This document shows positions 7,296 through 15,346 of a stretch of 64,000 nt of DNA, in pieces. Made by a program: the position numbers and the translations under genes. The notes beneath the pieces are model-generated. The model was not told where the DNA came from, made no database searches, and worked only from the letters and a program-made list of their open reading frames with translations. Origin of the DNA: an uncultured Verrucomicrobiae bacterium (GTDB lineage: Bacteria; Verrucomicrobiota; Verrucomicrobiia; Chthoniobacterales; JAATET01); contig CAWHTR010000002.1 in assembly GCA_963832325.1 (NCBI GenBank), forward strand, positions 135,821 through 199,820, given 5' to 3'. Within the stretch, counting starts at the first letter, position 1, and each line of letters starts with the position of its first letter.

Positions 7296-9637
7296 TGGAA
7301 AGCGACAAACCTACCCCCGACACTGAAGATCACGGGGAAGTCGTGCGCGGAGGTCGCTGGCGGATCTCAGTGGCGTGGATTTTTCCGGTGCTCGCGGTGG
7401 CGGTGGCGGGGTGGCTTTTCTGGTCGAATTGGAGCAGCCAAGGTCCGGAGATCACGATCGATTTTGAAGCGGCGCCGGGCTTGCAGGCTGGGAAATCGGT
7501 GTTGATCTACCGGGGGGCGCAGGCTGGGAGGATCACGAACGTCGAGTTGCAGCCGAATCTCGGTGGGGTGAGGGTGACGGTGAGGTTGAAGGCGTTTGCG
7601 AAGGAGCTGGCGCGTTCGGGAACGATTTTTTGGATCGATAAGCCGGTGATCTCGCTGGTGCAATTGACGGGTTTGGAATCGATCATTCAGGGGAACTCGT
7701 TGCAGGCGCGGTTGGGTGGAGGCGAGCTGGCGACGCACTTTGAAGGATTGAGCCAGCAGCCGATCGAACCCCTCGAGGCGCCTTCGGTGGTTTTGAGTTT
7801 GCGACCCGACACGATGCCGAGGATCGTGCGAGGCGCGCCGGTTTTTCACCGGGGGGTCGCGGTCGGGGCGGTGAACGAGGCGAAGCTCGACGAGTCGGGT
7901 CATCCTTCGATCGAGATTGTGGTCGGGGAGGAATACAGTAACCTAGTCGGGCGAAATTCCCGTTTTTGGCAGATGCCGCTGGCTTCGCTGAAGACGGGAG
8001 CAGCGGGAGTGAGTCTGGAGGTGCCAAATCTGGCGGCGCTGCTGCAGGGGGGGATCGAATTTGATTCGTTTGGAGACCGGGGAGAGGACGTCAAGGACTC
8101 GGCGGAATTTGACTTGTTCGCGAGTAAGGCGGCGGCCCGGGCGACCTCGCCGCCGATTCGAATCACGTTCGACAGCGGGTTGGGATTGGTCGCGGGGGAG
8201 ACGGAGCTGCGTTACCTCGACGTCACGATCGGGATCGTGGAGTCGGCGAAGTTGAACCTGGAGACCGGGATGGTCGACGTCGTGGCGCACATGGAGCCGG
8301 GGTTTGAGCGGTTTCGGAGCGAGGGAGCGAAATTTACCTTGGTTAGAGCGAGGGTGACGCTGGAGGGGGTGACCGGATTGGACACGCTGCTGAACGGAAA
8401 TTACATCGCGTGCGAACCCGGGGATGGGGAGGAGTTCGCGGGGGAGTTCGCGGGGAAAACGCCGGGATCAAATTGGCTGACGCTCCCCACGAGCGACCAA
8501 GGCCTGGAGGTGACGGTCTCGGCGAAACGAATCGATGCCCTGGGGGTGGGAACGCCGGTGATGAGAAGGGGCGTTGTGGTCGGTCGGGTCATCGGGAAGA
8601 ATCTGGCGGAGAACGGGATGGCCGAATTGAAGTTGGTGATCGAGTCTGAATCGGCGTCGTCGGTGCGGGAAAATTCGCGCTTCTGGGCGTCGCCAGCGGT
8701 CTCGCTCGGCGTGGGGCCGGGGGGATTGCAAGTGTCCGTCAATGGCCTGGAGACGTTGGTGCAAGGGTCAATAGAATACGACGTTTTCGCCGAGCCGACC
8801 GGAGCCGCGGCGGACGGCGCGGCGTTTCCTCTCCACGCGACGGAGGCCGCGGCGCGCGCGGTGTCTCAGCCGATCAGGATCTCGTTTGTGGACGGCCAGG
8901 GGATCGTGGCTGGACAGACGCAATTGCGCTTCCGCGGGTTGCCGGTTGGTTTGGTTGAGTCGGTGGATGTTGGTTTGGAGGGGGTGAGAGTGGTTGCGAG
9001 GTTCGAGTCCGGATATTCGATGCTGCGGAGGCAGGGGAGCGTGTTCACGCTGGTGAGGCCGGAGGTATCGTTGGAGGGGGTCAGTGGTCTGGAGACGTTG
9101 GTGAGCGGAGTTTACATCGATTGCGTGCCGGGGACGGGAGACGAGCCCGCCGAGGACTTTGTCGCGCAGTCGATGGAGGTCGCCGAGGAGGCGGTGGAGG
9201 AACTGCAGGTCGTTGCCGACGCGGGGCTGGAGATCGTGCTGGTGGCGAAGACTTCGAAGATCAGTCCGAACGCACCTGTTCTCTACCGGGGTGTGACGGT
9301 CGGGAAGGTCATCCGCAAGGCGCTATCGCCCGAGGCGGGTCGGGTCGATCTTGTCGTCGAGATCGAGCCGCGTTACGCGCCGTTGGTGCGGACGAACACT
9401 CGGTTTTGGGACCTGGGTGGATTGAAGGCCTCGCTCGGGTTTTTGTATTTGAAGGTCGATCCGACGCCCTTGACGACGCTCACGCTGGGGGGCGTCGCGT
9501 TCGCGACGCCGAATGACGATGATCTCGGTGAGCGGGTGGGGAACGGAAGTCGGTTTCCCCTGTATGAAAAACCGAAAGGTGCGTGGTTGAAGTGGGCGCC
9601 TTCGGTGCCGGTAGGCGGTGCAGCAATCGATAAGTGA
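7295..9637 (+). CDS. multi-MCE-domain protein (PqiB/LetB-like), six MCE domains
   Basis: 780 aa with an N-terminal TM (ISVAWIFPVLAVAVAGWLFW). Six repeats each carry a G-x-P/x-V-x-x-R-G-V-x-V-G-x-V type core: GKSVLIYRGAQAGRI, GAPVFHRGVAVGAV, GETELRYLDVTIGIV, GTPVMRRGVVVGRV, GQTQLRFRGLPVGLV, NAPVLYRGVTVGKV. Confidence 0.8.
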   Translation: MESDKPTPDTEDHGEVVRGGRWRISVAWIFPVLAVAVAGWLFWSNWSSQGPEITIDFEAAPGLQAGKSVLIYRGAQAGRITNVELQPNLGGVRVTVRLKAFAKELARSGTIFWIDKPVISLVQLTGLESIIQGNSLQARLGGGELATHFEGLSQQPIEPLEAPSVVLSLRPDTMPRIVRGAPVFHRGVAVGAVNEAKLDESGHPSIEIVVGEEYSNLVGRNSRFWQMPLASLKTGAAGVSLEVPNLAALLQGGIEFDSFGDRGEDVKDSAEFDLFASKAAARATSPPIRITFDSGLGLVAGETELRYLDVTIGIVESAKLNLETGMVDVVAHMEPGFERFRSEGAKFTLVRARVTLEGVTGLDTLLNGNYIACEPGDGEEFAGEFAGKTPGSNWLTLPTSDQGLEVTVSAKRIDALGVGTPVMRRGVVVGRVIGKNLAENGMAELKLVIESESASSVRENSRFWASPAVSLGVGPGGLQVSVNGLETLVQGSIEYDVFAEPTGAAADGAAFPLHATEAAARAVSQPIRISFVDGQGIVAGQTQLRFRGLPVGLVESVDVGLEGVRVVARFESGYSMLRRQGSVFTLVRPEVSLEGVSGLETLVSGVYIDCVPGTGDEPAEDFVAQSMEVAEEAVEELQVVADAGLEIVLVAKTSKISPNAPVLYRGVTVGKVIRKALSPEAGRVDLVVEIEPRYAPLVRTNTRFWDLGGLKASLGFLYLKVDPTPLTTLTLGGVAFATPNDDDLGERVGNGSRFPLYEKPKGAWLKWAPSVPVGGAAIDK

Positions 9638-9711
9638 GGGTGAAACCTACCGTCCCCACTCCTCGCCGGTGTCCATCTTGGATGAGGCAATAGGCACCGT
9701 GTTGGTTTGGA

Positions 9712-10797
9712 TCAGGCGGCCTGCGGTTCAGCAATCCAGCATTTCTGATCGCCGTTCCATTCCTCGAAACCTGAGTAGCCTCCAAGAGCCTGTTTCAGCT
9801 GTCTGGCGACTGCCGCGGCAAGAGCTGGAGGAACGGAATTTCCGATCTGGCGAAATTTTGTGCATTGGCTCCCGGAGAAAATCATCCCCGGTGGGAAGCC
9901 TTGCAGACACGCCGCCTCTTCGACGGTGAGCCGGCGCAGACGTTCAGGAATCTTCGCAACCGGAACTCCGCCGGCTGTGAGGTGAGCATGATACCCGACC
10001 ACCCAAGGCTCGGAGCCGTCGATTAACGATTGCTGGTCGATGACAGGAGTTCGATTGCCTCCCATTGAGGCCGGAAGAGTCAGCGCGGGCGCGTCGAGAT
10101 CGACTGGTCGGCCCTGCCCGTTGAAAAGCATTCCAGCGAAAGGACTTTTTCGCATAATCGGGACCTTCGCTGCGGTGACCTTCGCGTGACAAAGGGAATT
10201 GTTCCCGGGTGTCCCAAATTCAGGTAGATCCGCCAACGCTTCGCGAACGGAACGCCTTCTCGTTGCTGGAATCGGCTTTGGCATCTTCCGGTCCTTGATT
10301 CCGACGAGAAACATTCTCTCACGCATCTGCGGGACTCCAAAGTCGGCGGCATTGAGAAGCATGGTGCGGCATTTATAGCCTAGACTTTCGCCCTTGGCCT
10401 CGAGGGCTTGAATTGTTCCCGCCCAGCGACGATTTGCAGCGAGGGCTTTGACGTTTTCCATGACGAACGCTGCGGGGTTCAACGTCTCTACGATTCGAAA
10501 GAATTCCCAAACCTGGCGGCTTCGCGGATCGTTCGGGTCCATTCGTCCCGCAACCGAAAAACCCTGACAGGGAGGCCCGCCCATCACGACATCAGCTGCG
10601 CCCCGAGAGGGAAGGTCAGCTCGAGCAATGTCTCCACAAACGATTTGCGGGATCGAAGATTCTCGGCGCAAAAGCTCGTTGCGGTAAGTCTCCAACGCGA
10701 AAGGATCAATGTCGTTGGCCCAGATTGTGTTGAAACCAGCATCTCTAAACCCAAAATCGAGACCGCCACAACCGGTGTATAGCGACACACAATTCAT
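9712..10797 (-). CDS. dcm: DNA (cytosine-5)-methyltransferase
   Basis: 361 aa with all hallmark m5C motifs: LYTGCGGLDFG (I), GGPPCQGFS (IV), VMENV (VI), QMRERMFLVG (VIII) and QIGNSVPP (X). Confidence 0.9.
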   Translation of the reverse strand: MNCVSLYTGCGGLDFGFRDAGFNTIWANDIDPFALETYRNELLRRESSIPQIVCGDIARADLPSRGAADVVMGGPPCQGFSVAGRMDPNDPRSRQVWEFFRIVETLNPAAFVMENVKALAANRRWAGTIQALEAKGESLGYKCRTMLLNAADFGVPQMRERMFLVGIKDRKMPKPIPATRRRSVREALADLPEFGTPGNNSLCHAKVTAAKVPIMRKSPFAGMLFNGQGRPVDLDAPALTLPASMGGNRTPVIDQQSLIDGSEPWVVGYHAHLTAGGVPVAKIPERLRRLTVEEAACLQGFPPGMIFSGSQCTKFRQIGNSVPPALAAAVARQLKQALGGYSGFEEWNGDQKCWIAEPQAA

Positions 10798-10803
10798 TAT
10801 GCT

Positions 10804-10831
10804 TATTTAGCATGAACTCAAAATTTGTCAA
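10804..10831 (-). promoter_or_regulatory. putative sigma70-type promoter for the methyltransferase (near-leaderless)
   Basis: The minus strand reads TTGACA (10831-10826), a 16-nt spacer, TAAATA (10809-10804), 6 nt, then ATG at 10797. There is no Shine-Dalgarno sequence between them. Confidence 0.3.
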
Positions 10832-10875
10832 CGTATATTGCAGCCGTCTTTGAGAGAATACCGGAGGTGCCGTAC

Positions 10876-11076
10876 GTGAATTTTGATGAGAAACTCGGAG
10901 AAGTTCTAGCCGCTAGACGCCGCGATCTTGCGCTTTCGCAGGAATATTTGGCAATCATCCTTCGAAGGGATCAAACCTACGTCTCCAAGGTGGAGAATGG
11001 CAAACAAGCAACAAGCGTCTGCGAATTTTTGAAGTGGGGGCAGGCTTCTGAATCTGAGTCACGAGGATCTCAGTGA
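10876..11076 (+). CDS. XRE-family HTH controller (C) protein; the C-terminal helix appears to continue in the +1 frame to 11110
   Basis: GTG at 10876 is preceded by GGAGGT (10863-10868). The track ORF starts at TTG 10825. The HTH core is LALSQEYLAIILRRDQTYVSKVENGK. As written the frame ends ...FLKWGQASESESRGSQ at 11076. The +1 frame after the G5 run (11036-11040) reads GRLLNLSHEDLSEILGGLAGHVD with its stop at 11108-11110. Confidence 0.6.
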   Translation: MNFDEKLGEVLAARRRDLALSQEYLAIILRRDQTYVSKVENGKQATSVCEFLKWGQASESESRGSQ

Positions 11077-12731
11077 AATTCTCGGGGGGCTGGCTGGCCA
11101 TGTTGACTAGTCTCTCAATTTTACCACTCACCACGGCTGAGTTTGAGTCGGGGCTAGCTGCGTGTCTTGCTGCGATGGAAGTTGCAGGTCTCGAAGCCGA
11201 AGAAGCGGCGATGCGATCTGGTTCACTATTCGAATGTTGGCTAGACGCCGATTTTTCAACCGATCCGTTTCCAACCGAACTTCGTCCATTGTTGGCGCCG
11301 GCGAGCTGGGCTAATCAGGCGCCCAAGGCTCCTTATTTGGCCTACGTTGAACTAATTCGCCGACTCGAGGGTAAGCATGCTGCGACTCGCCGAGACGCGG
11401 CCATCATTCTCTCACAATTGCCTTTGATACTCTTGCTGGGACGAGAATTCGCGAATTCTCCAGCGAAAATCGCCACGATTCTGGATCCCTCCAACTCTCG
11501 TGGGTTGGTGACGTGGAGGGCAGTGCAGACGATTCTCAATTATTTCAAAATCCCAAACGAGTTGGCAAATTCGAGCGTCGTTTCCATGTTGGGCACTGAT
11601 CGGGTGGCAGCGACCAAAGAATTTGGTGATAGTGATCTCAAGACCGTCGCAGTCCTTCTGGGAAAACAATGCGAAACTTACGGCTTACCATCGGAATTCT
11701 CGAAAGCTCTGGCTCGCCTCTTCAACCCGAAGGCGGAGGATTCTTTCATCCCCTATCTTCAGATCTTGTTTTACGTCGCGACGGTGGACCATTTTTACGA
11801 TCACCCAGCCGAGTTTATCTATGTTTTCAAACCGCGTGGTGCCGTGGCGAACAAGATCTTCGCGGTTTTTCCCAACGAGTTGGCTCCGGGTGGAAATCCA
11901 ATGTTGAACAACTTCAAGGCGGTCGACCGGCTCACGACCGACTGGGCCGAATCCCGTGAGGACACGCGGGAGCAGGCGATAGCATTGGTGACGGTCGTCC
12001 TCGGGCTGTCCTCGCTAGCTTACCCAGCCCGGAAGCAGCTATCGGGTTCGATCCGGCGAGGTTTGATTCGATTCATCGAGATCAAGACACCGGACGCAAT
12101 CGTTCTTCCTCGTTGTGAAGATCTTGCGCAGGTGGAGCGCTTTTTGACAAAAGTTGCCGAGGTGCCAACTGGAACGAGGGGGATTATCGAGCAGCGAGTG
12201 ACGGACTTTTTGGCGGGGGTGATCCATCGGGATAAAGCTTGGCGGTCTCGCGGCATGGGCGATGCCGTCAACGCGACGAACTCGTCGTCGCGGAAGCTCG
12301 GGGACTGTGATTTCCAAGACGCCGGGCGAAGGGTCTGCCACGCTGTCGAGTCGCACGCTGGCCGCCTGACGGATGTGTACGTTGCCGAGCATCTTCGAAC
12401 GCTGCGGTTGAACCTTCCGGCGCGGTTGGATGAGTGGGAAGGCATCGCCGATCTTGCGGAGTGGGCGGTTGAGATCATCTTTGTAGCACACGAGGACGCT
12501 CGGGGTGATCGAGAAACGATGATTGATTTGGTGGTGAAGGGATCGCTTAGCGTGACGACGTTCGATGATCTCAAAGGTGAGGTCATGAGGGTCGCTGCGA
12601 CGACTGGTGACGAGATCGTTGCGCTCTTCAATGAGTGGGTGGTGTCTGTCTTGAACTCCCCGAACACACCACACGCGATCAAGATAACTGCGCGGGAACT
12701 GTTCGAATCAACGTCTGGACGGGGAAAATAG
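11073..12731 (+). CDS. 552-aa hypothetical protein; candidate restriction endonuclease of the islet (family not assignable)
   Basis: Long ORF in the low-GC islet. GTG 11073 is preceded by GAGGA (11063-11067); an alternative ATG lies at 11100. It overlaps the 3-prime end of the controller gene, as in C-regulated R-M operons. No recognisable catalytic motif was found. Confidence 0.45.
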   Translation: MKFSGGWLAMLTSLSILPLTTAEFESGLAACLAAMEVAGLEAEEAAMRSGSLFECWLDADFSTDPFPTELRPLLAPASWANQAPKAPYLAYVELIRRLEGKHAATRRDAAIILSQLPLILLLGREFANSPAKIATILDPSNSRGLVTWRAVQTILNYFKIPNELANSSVVSMLGTDRVAATKEFGDSDLKTVAVLLGKQCETYGLPSEFSKALARLFNPKAEDSFIPYLQILFYVATVDHFYDHPAEFIYVFKPRGAVANKIFAVFPNELAPGGNPMLNNFKAVDRLTTDWAESREDTREQAIALVTVVLGLSSLAYPARKQLSGSIRRGLIRFIEIKTPDAIVLPRCEDLAQVERFLTKVAEVPTGTRGIIEQRVTDFLAGVIHRDKAWRSRGMGDAVNATNSSSRKLGDCDFQDAGRRVCHAVESHAGRLTDVYVAEHLRTLRLNLPARLDEWEGIADLAEWAVEIIFVAHEDARGDRETMIDLVVKGSLSVTTFDDLKGEVMRVAATTGDEIVALFNEWVVSVLNSPNTPHAIKITARELFESTSGRGK

Positions 12732-12796
12732 GGAGGTGGCTTGGGAAGAGGAAGCCCGGAGAGAACCCGGGCGTCGAAGATCTGTCGTCTTTAGGC

Positions 12797-14020
12797 TTAG
12801 GTATAAAGTTCAAGCGTTCGTGGAATGTGTTTGCGGAAGGGGAAGAAACCGTTGGTCGCGTGGGGCCAGAGGGCGCGGTCCCAGTCGCGGGTGATCTCGT
12901 GGACCGGGACGTTGACTTCCGCCAGGCGCGGGCGGAGGAAGTCACGCCAGGGGCCGACGGTGAGGGCTGGCGTGATGATGGCATCGAGGCGTTCGGCGGC
13001 GGCCCATTCGGTGACGGCCTGCTGCCAATTCGTTGCTGCGGAGAGGTCGGCGTGGGAGCAATTCCATCGGCGGATGGAGCGCTCGGTGGCGTCGTTGAGG
13101 GCTTCCTTGCGGAATTCCGTGACGGTCGGCGACCAGCCGGTGAGCTGATTGAATCCAAAGGGCCAACCGACGGCGAGGGCGACGGGTTGGACGGCGGGGG
13201 AGAGGGTGAGTTCGAACGAACAGTCTTCGCCGTGGAGGAGCACGCCGATGCGACCGGTGGTCGGAAGGTTGTTGGGATCGGGGAGGTCGAGGGGTTGGAG
13301 GGGGTATTCGCGATCGTCGGCGAGCGGGGCGGCGTCTTCGTTGAGTTCGGTCGGGTCGGGGAAGCGGCCCTCGGTGAATTTGGCGATGTTGTCGCGGCGG
13401 GCGAGGTAGTGTTTTCCCTTCGTCTGAAGGCCGGCGACCCAGCGCCACGAGAGGGTGTTACTGGCGGGATCGGCGTCGAGGAGGTGGGTGAAGAAAAATT
13501 TCGCTCCCAGCTGCCACGGGAGGCCGAGCGTGAAGATCCAGATGCTGGCGAACCACATGCGGGCGTGGTTGTGGAGCCAACCGGTCTCGATGAGCTCGGT
13601 GGCCCAGGCGTCGAAGCACGCGATGCCGGTCGGGGTGGCGGTGGCTTGAGCGGCGCGGTCGGCGGCTGGGGAGTCGGCGAGGGACGCGCAATCGGCGAGC
13701 CAGTCGGACCAGACGGTGGGGTGCATCTCGAGCCAGCCTTTGAAGTAGGTGCGCCAGCAAACCTGGTGGATGAAGCTCTGGATCGCGTCGGCGGAGTGGT
13801 GGGCGAGGACGGCGTCGAGGACGTCTTTCTGGGTGAGGAGCCGGGTGGTGAGGTAGGGGGAGAGGCGGGAAACGTTCGTGCGGTCGGTGGGGCCGAGATC
13901 GTAGTTGCGACGGTCGGCGTAATCGGGAACGCGCGGGAGGAAGCGTTCGAGAAGCTCCATGCCGCCGAGGCGGGTGGCGCGGTGCGCTCGGGCCACGGCT
14001 GAGTCGGCGGAGGATTTCAT
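12797..14020 (-). CDS. photolyase/cryptochrome-family FAD-binding-domain protein with atypical domain order
   Basis: 407 aa. The N-terminal two-thirds carry SRLSPYLTTRLL, WRTYFKGW, GWLHNHARMWFASIW and DADPASNTLSWRWVAG, which mark the FAD_binding_7 type domain. A further ~170-aa C-terminal domain follows. Confidence 0.7.
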   Translation of the reverse strand: MKSSADSAVARAHRATRLGGMELLERFLPRVPDYADRRNYDLGPTDRTNVSRLSPYLTTRLLTQKDVLDAVLAHHSADAIQSFIHQVCWRTYFKGWLEMHPTVWSDWLADCASLADSPAADRAAQATATPTGIACFDAWATELIETGWLHNHARMWFASIWIFTLGLPWQLGAKFFFTHLLDADPASNTLSWRWVAGLQTKGKHYLARRDNIAKFTEGRFPDPTELNEDAAPLADDREYPLQPLDLPDPNNLPTTGRIGVLLHGEDCSFELTLSPAVQPVALAVGWPFGFNQLTGWSPTVTEFRKEALNDATERSIRRWNCSHADLSAATNWQQAVTEWAAAERLDAIITPALTVGPWRDFLRPRLAEVNVPVHEITRDWDRALWPHATNGFFPFRKHIPRTLELYT

Positions 14021-14071
14021 TCCAATCCTCCCGGTATCCTTGGTGATCGGTGCCGCTTTCTGTTCAAAAGA

Positions 14072-15346
14072 TCAGACTGAAACGGGTTCGAATTCGGCGA
14101 AGCGGCTTTTGAGTTCGGGGGGGATGTGGGCTCGGACGATGATGGTATTGCCTTCGTAGCGGGTGCTGAGGACGTGGCCGACGCGGTGGAGTTCGGCGAC
14201 GGCGGCCGAGGCCGAGGCGGGGATGTGGAACTCGGCCTTCAAGCGCCAGGCGGCGAGGCGGATGATGAGTTCGTCGAGAAAGATCTCGATGCCTTCGCCG
14301 GTTCGGGTCGAGATGGCAACGCTGCCGGGGTGGTGATCGAGGGCGTTTTCGACGATCGCCGTTTCCCGGACCTGATCGATCTTGTTGAAGATGAGGACCG
14401 TCTGTTTTCCCTGGGCGTTGAGTTCGGCGAGGGTGGCGTCGACGGCGGCCATCTGTTCGTGGAAGTGCGGGTGGCTGACGTCGACGACATGGAGAAGGAT
14501 GTCGGCGTGGGCGACCTCCTCAAGCGTCGCCTTGAACGATTCGATGACGGTGGTTGGGAGTTTCCGGATGAAGCCGACCGTGTCGGTGAGGAGTGTCTTC
14601 TGGTTGTTCGGGAGGACGAACTGTCGGGTCGTCGGGTCGAGGGTCGCGAAGAGTTTGTTTTCGGCGAGAACGTGGGAGCCGGTGAGGCGATTGAGGAGAG
14701 AGGATTTCCCGGCGTTGGTGTAGCCGATGAGTGCGCAGACGGGCCAATGGTGGCGGAGGCGGCCTTCGCGCTGGACGGTTCGATTTTTCCGCACCTCGCG
14801 AAGATCGCGTTCGAGGCGGCTGATGCGGTCCTGAATGCGACGGCGGTCGACTTCGAGCTGGGTTTCGCCCGGCCCGCGGGTGCCGATGCCGCCGTTCTGG
14901 CGGGAGAGGTGGGTCCACATGCGGGTGAGGCGCGGGAGGAGGTAGCTCAACTGGGCGAGTTCGATCTGGAGGCGGCCTTCCTTGGTGCGAGCGCGTTTGG
15001 CGAAGATGTCGAGAATGAGTTGGGTGCGGTCGAGGACTTTGCGGGACGTGAGTTTCTCGAGGTTGCGACCCTGGGCGGGGGAGAGTTCGTCGTCGAAGAT
15101 GACGGAGTTGGCGTGTTTGCCGCGGCAGGCGACGCGGACTTCTTCGGCTTTGCCCTTGCCGATGTAGTAGGGGGCGGTGGGCTTATCGAGTTTCTGGACG
15201 AAGGTGTCGACGACTTCGGCTCCGGCGGTGGCGGCGAGTTGCTCGAGTTCCGCGAGCGAATCCTCGAGGTCCCAATGGCTGACTCCCTGCTGTTCGAGGC
15301 CGACGAGGATGGTCTTCTCGGTGCCGGGAGCTGCGAAATCGATCAT
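14072..15346 (-). CDS. hflX: GTPase HflX
   Basis: 424 aa. HflX N-domain (LILDIFAKRARTKEGRLQIELAQL). G1 GYTNAGKSSLLN, G3 DTVGF, G4 NKID. The ATG overlaps the miaA stop (ATGA at 15343-15346). Confidence 0.9.
   Translation of the reverse strand: MIDFAAPGTEKTILVGLEQQGVSHWDLEDSLAELEQLAATAGAEVVDTFVQKLDKPTAPYYIGKGKAEEVRVACRGKHANSVIFDDELSPAQGRNLEKLTSRKVLDRTQLILDIFAKRARTKEGRLQIELAQLSYLLPRLTRMWTHLSRQNGGIGTRGPGETQLEVDRRRIQDRISRLERDLREVRKNRTVQREGRLRHHWPVCALIGYTNAGKSSLLNRLTGSHVLAENKLFATLDPTTRQFVLPNNQKTLLTDTVGFIRKLPTTVIESFKATLEEVAHADILLHVVDVSHPHFHEQMAAVDATLAELNAQGKQTVLIFNKIDQVRETAIVENALDHHPGSVAISTRTGEGIEIFLDELIIRLAAWRLKAEFHIPASASAAVAELHRVGHVLSTRYEGNTIIVRAHIPPELKSRFAEFEPVSV

Larger units (their letters stand above)
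9638..12796. other. low-GC genomic islet carrying a putative C-regulated type II restriction-modification system
   Basis: Hand GC counts on 60-nt lines inside the islet are 35% (10801-10860), 45% (11401-11460), 48% (11641-11700) and 58% (10201-10260). The flank at 13201-13260 is 63%. No integrase or flanking repeats were seen. Confidence 0.5.

Noticed and set aside
11036-11040. G5 tract in the controller gene as a phase-variation switch
   Set aside because: Five residues is well below the tract lengths (usually 8 or more) associated with slipped-strand phase variation. Four other genes show the same kind of single-base insertion in even shorter runs.
12028-12039. CCCGGAAGCAGC resembling the SRP RNA domain IV motif
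   Set aside because: It is embedded in the 552-aa ORF. No flanking helix 8-type symmetric loop or complementary arm is present.
9638-12796. R-M islet as a mobile element with defined ends
   Set aside because: I looked for an integrase, transposase, tRNA target or direct or inverted repeats at 9638-9711 and 12732-12796 and found none. Only the composition and gene content mark it as foreign.
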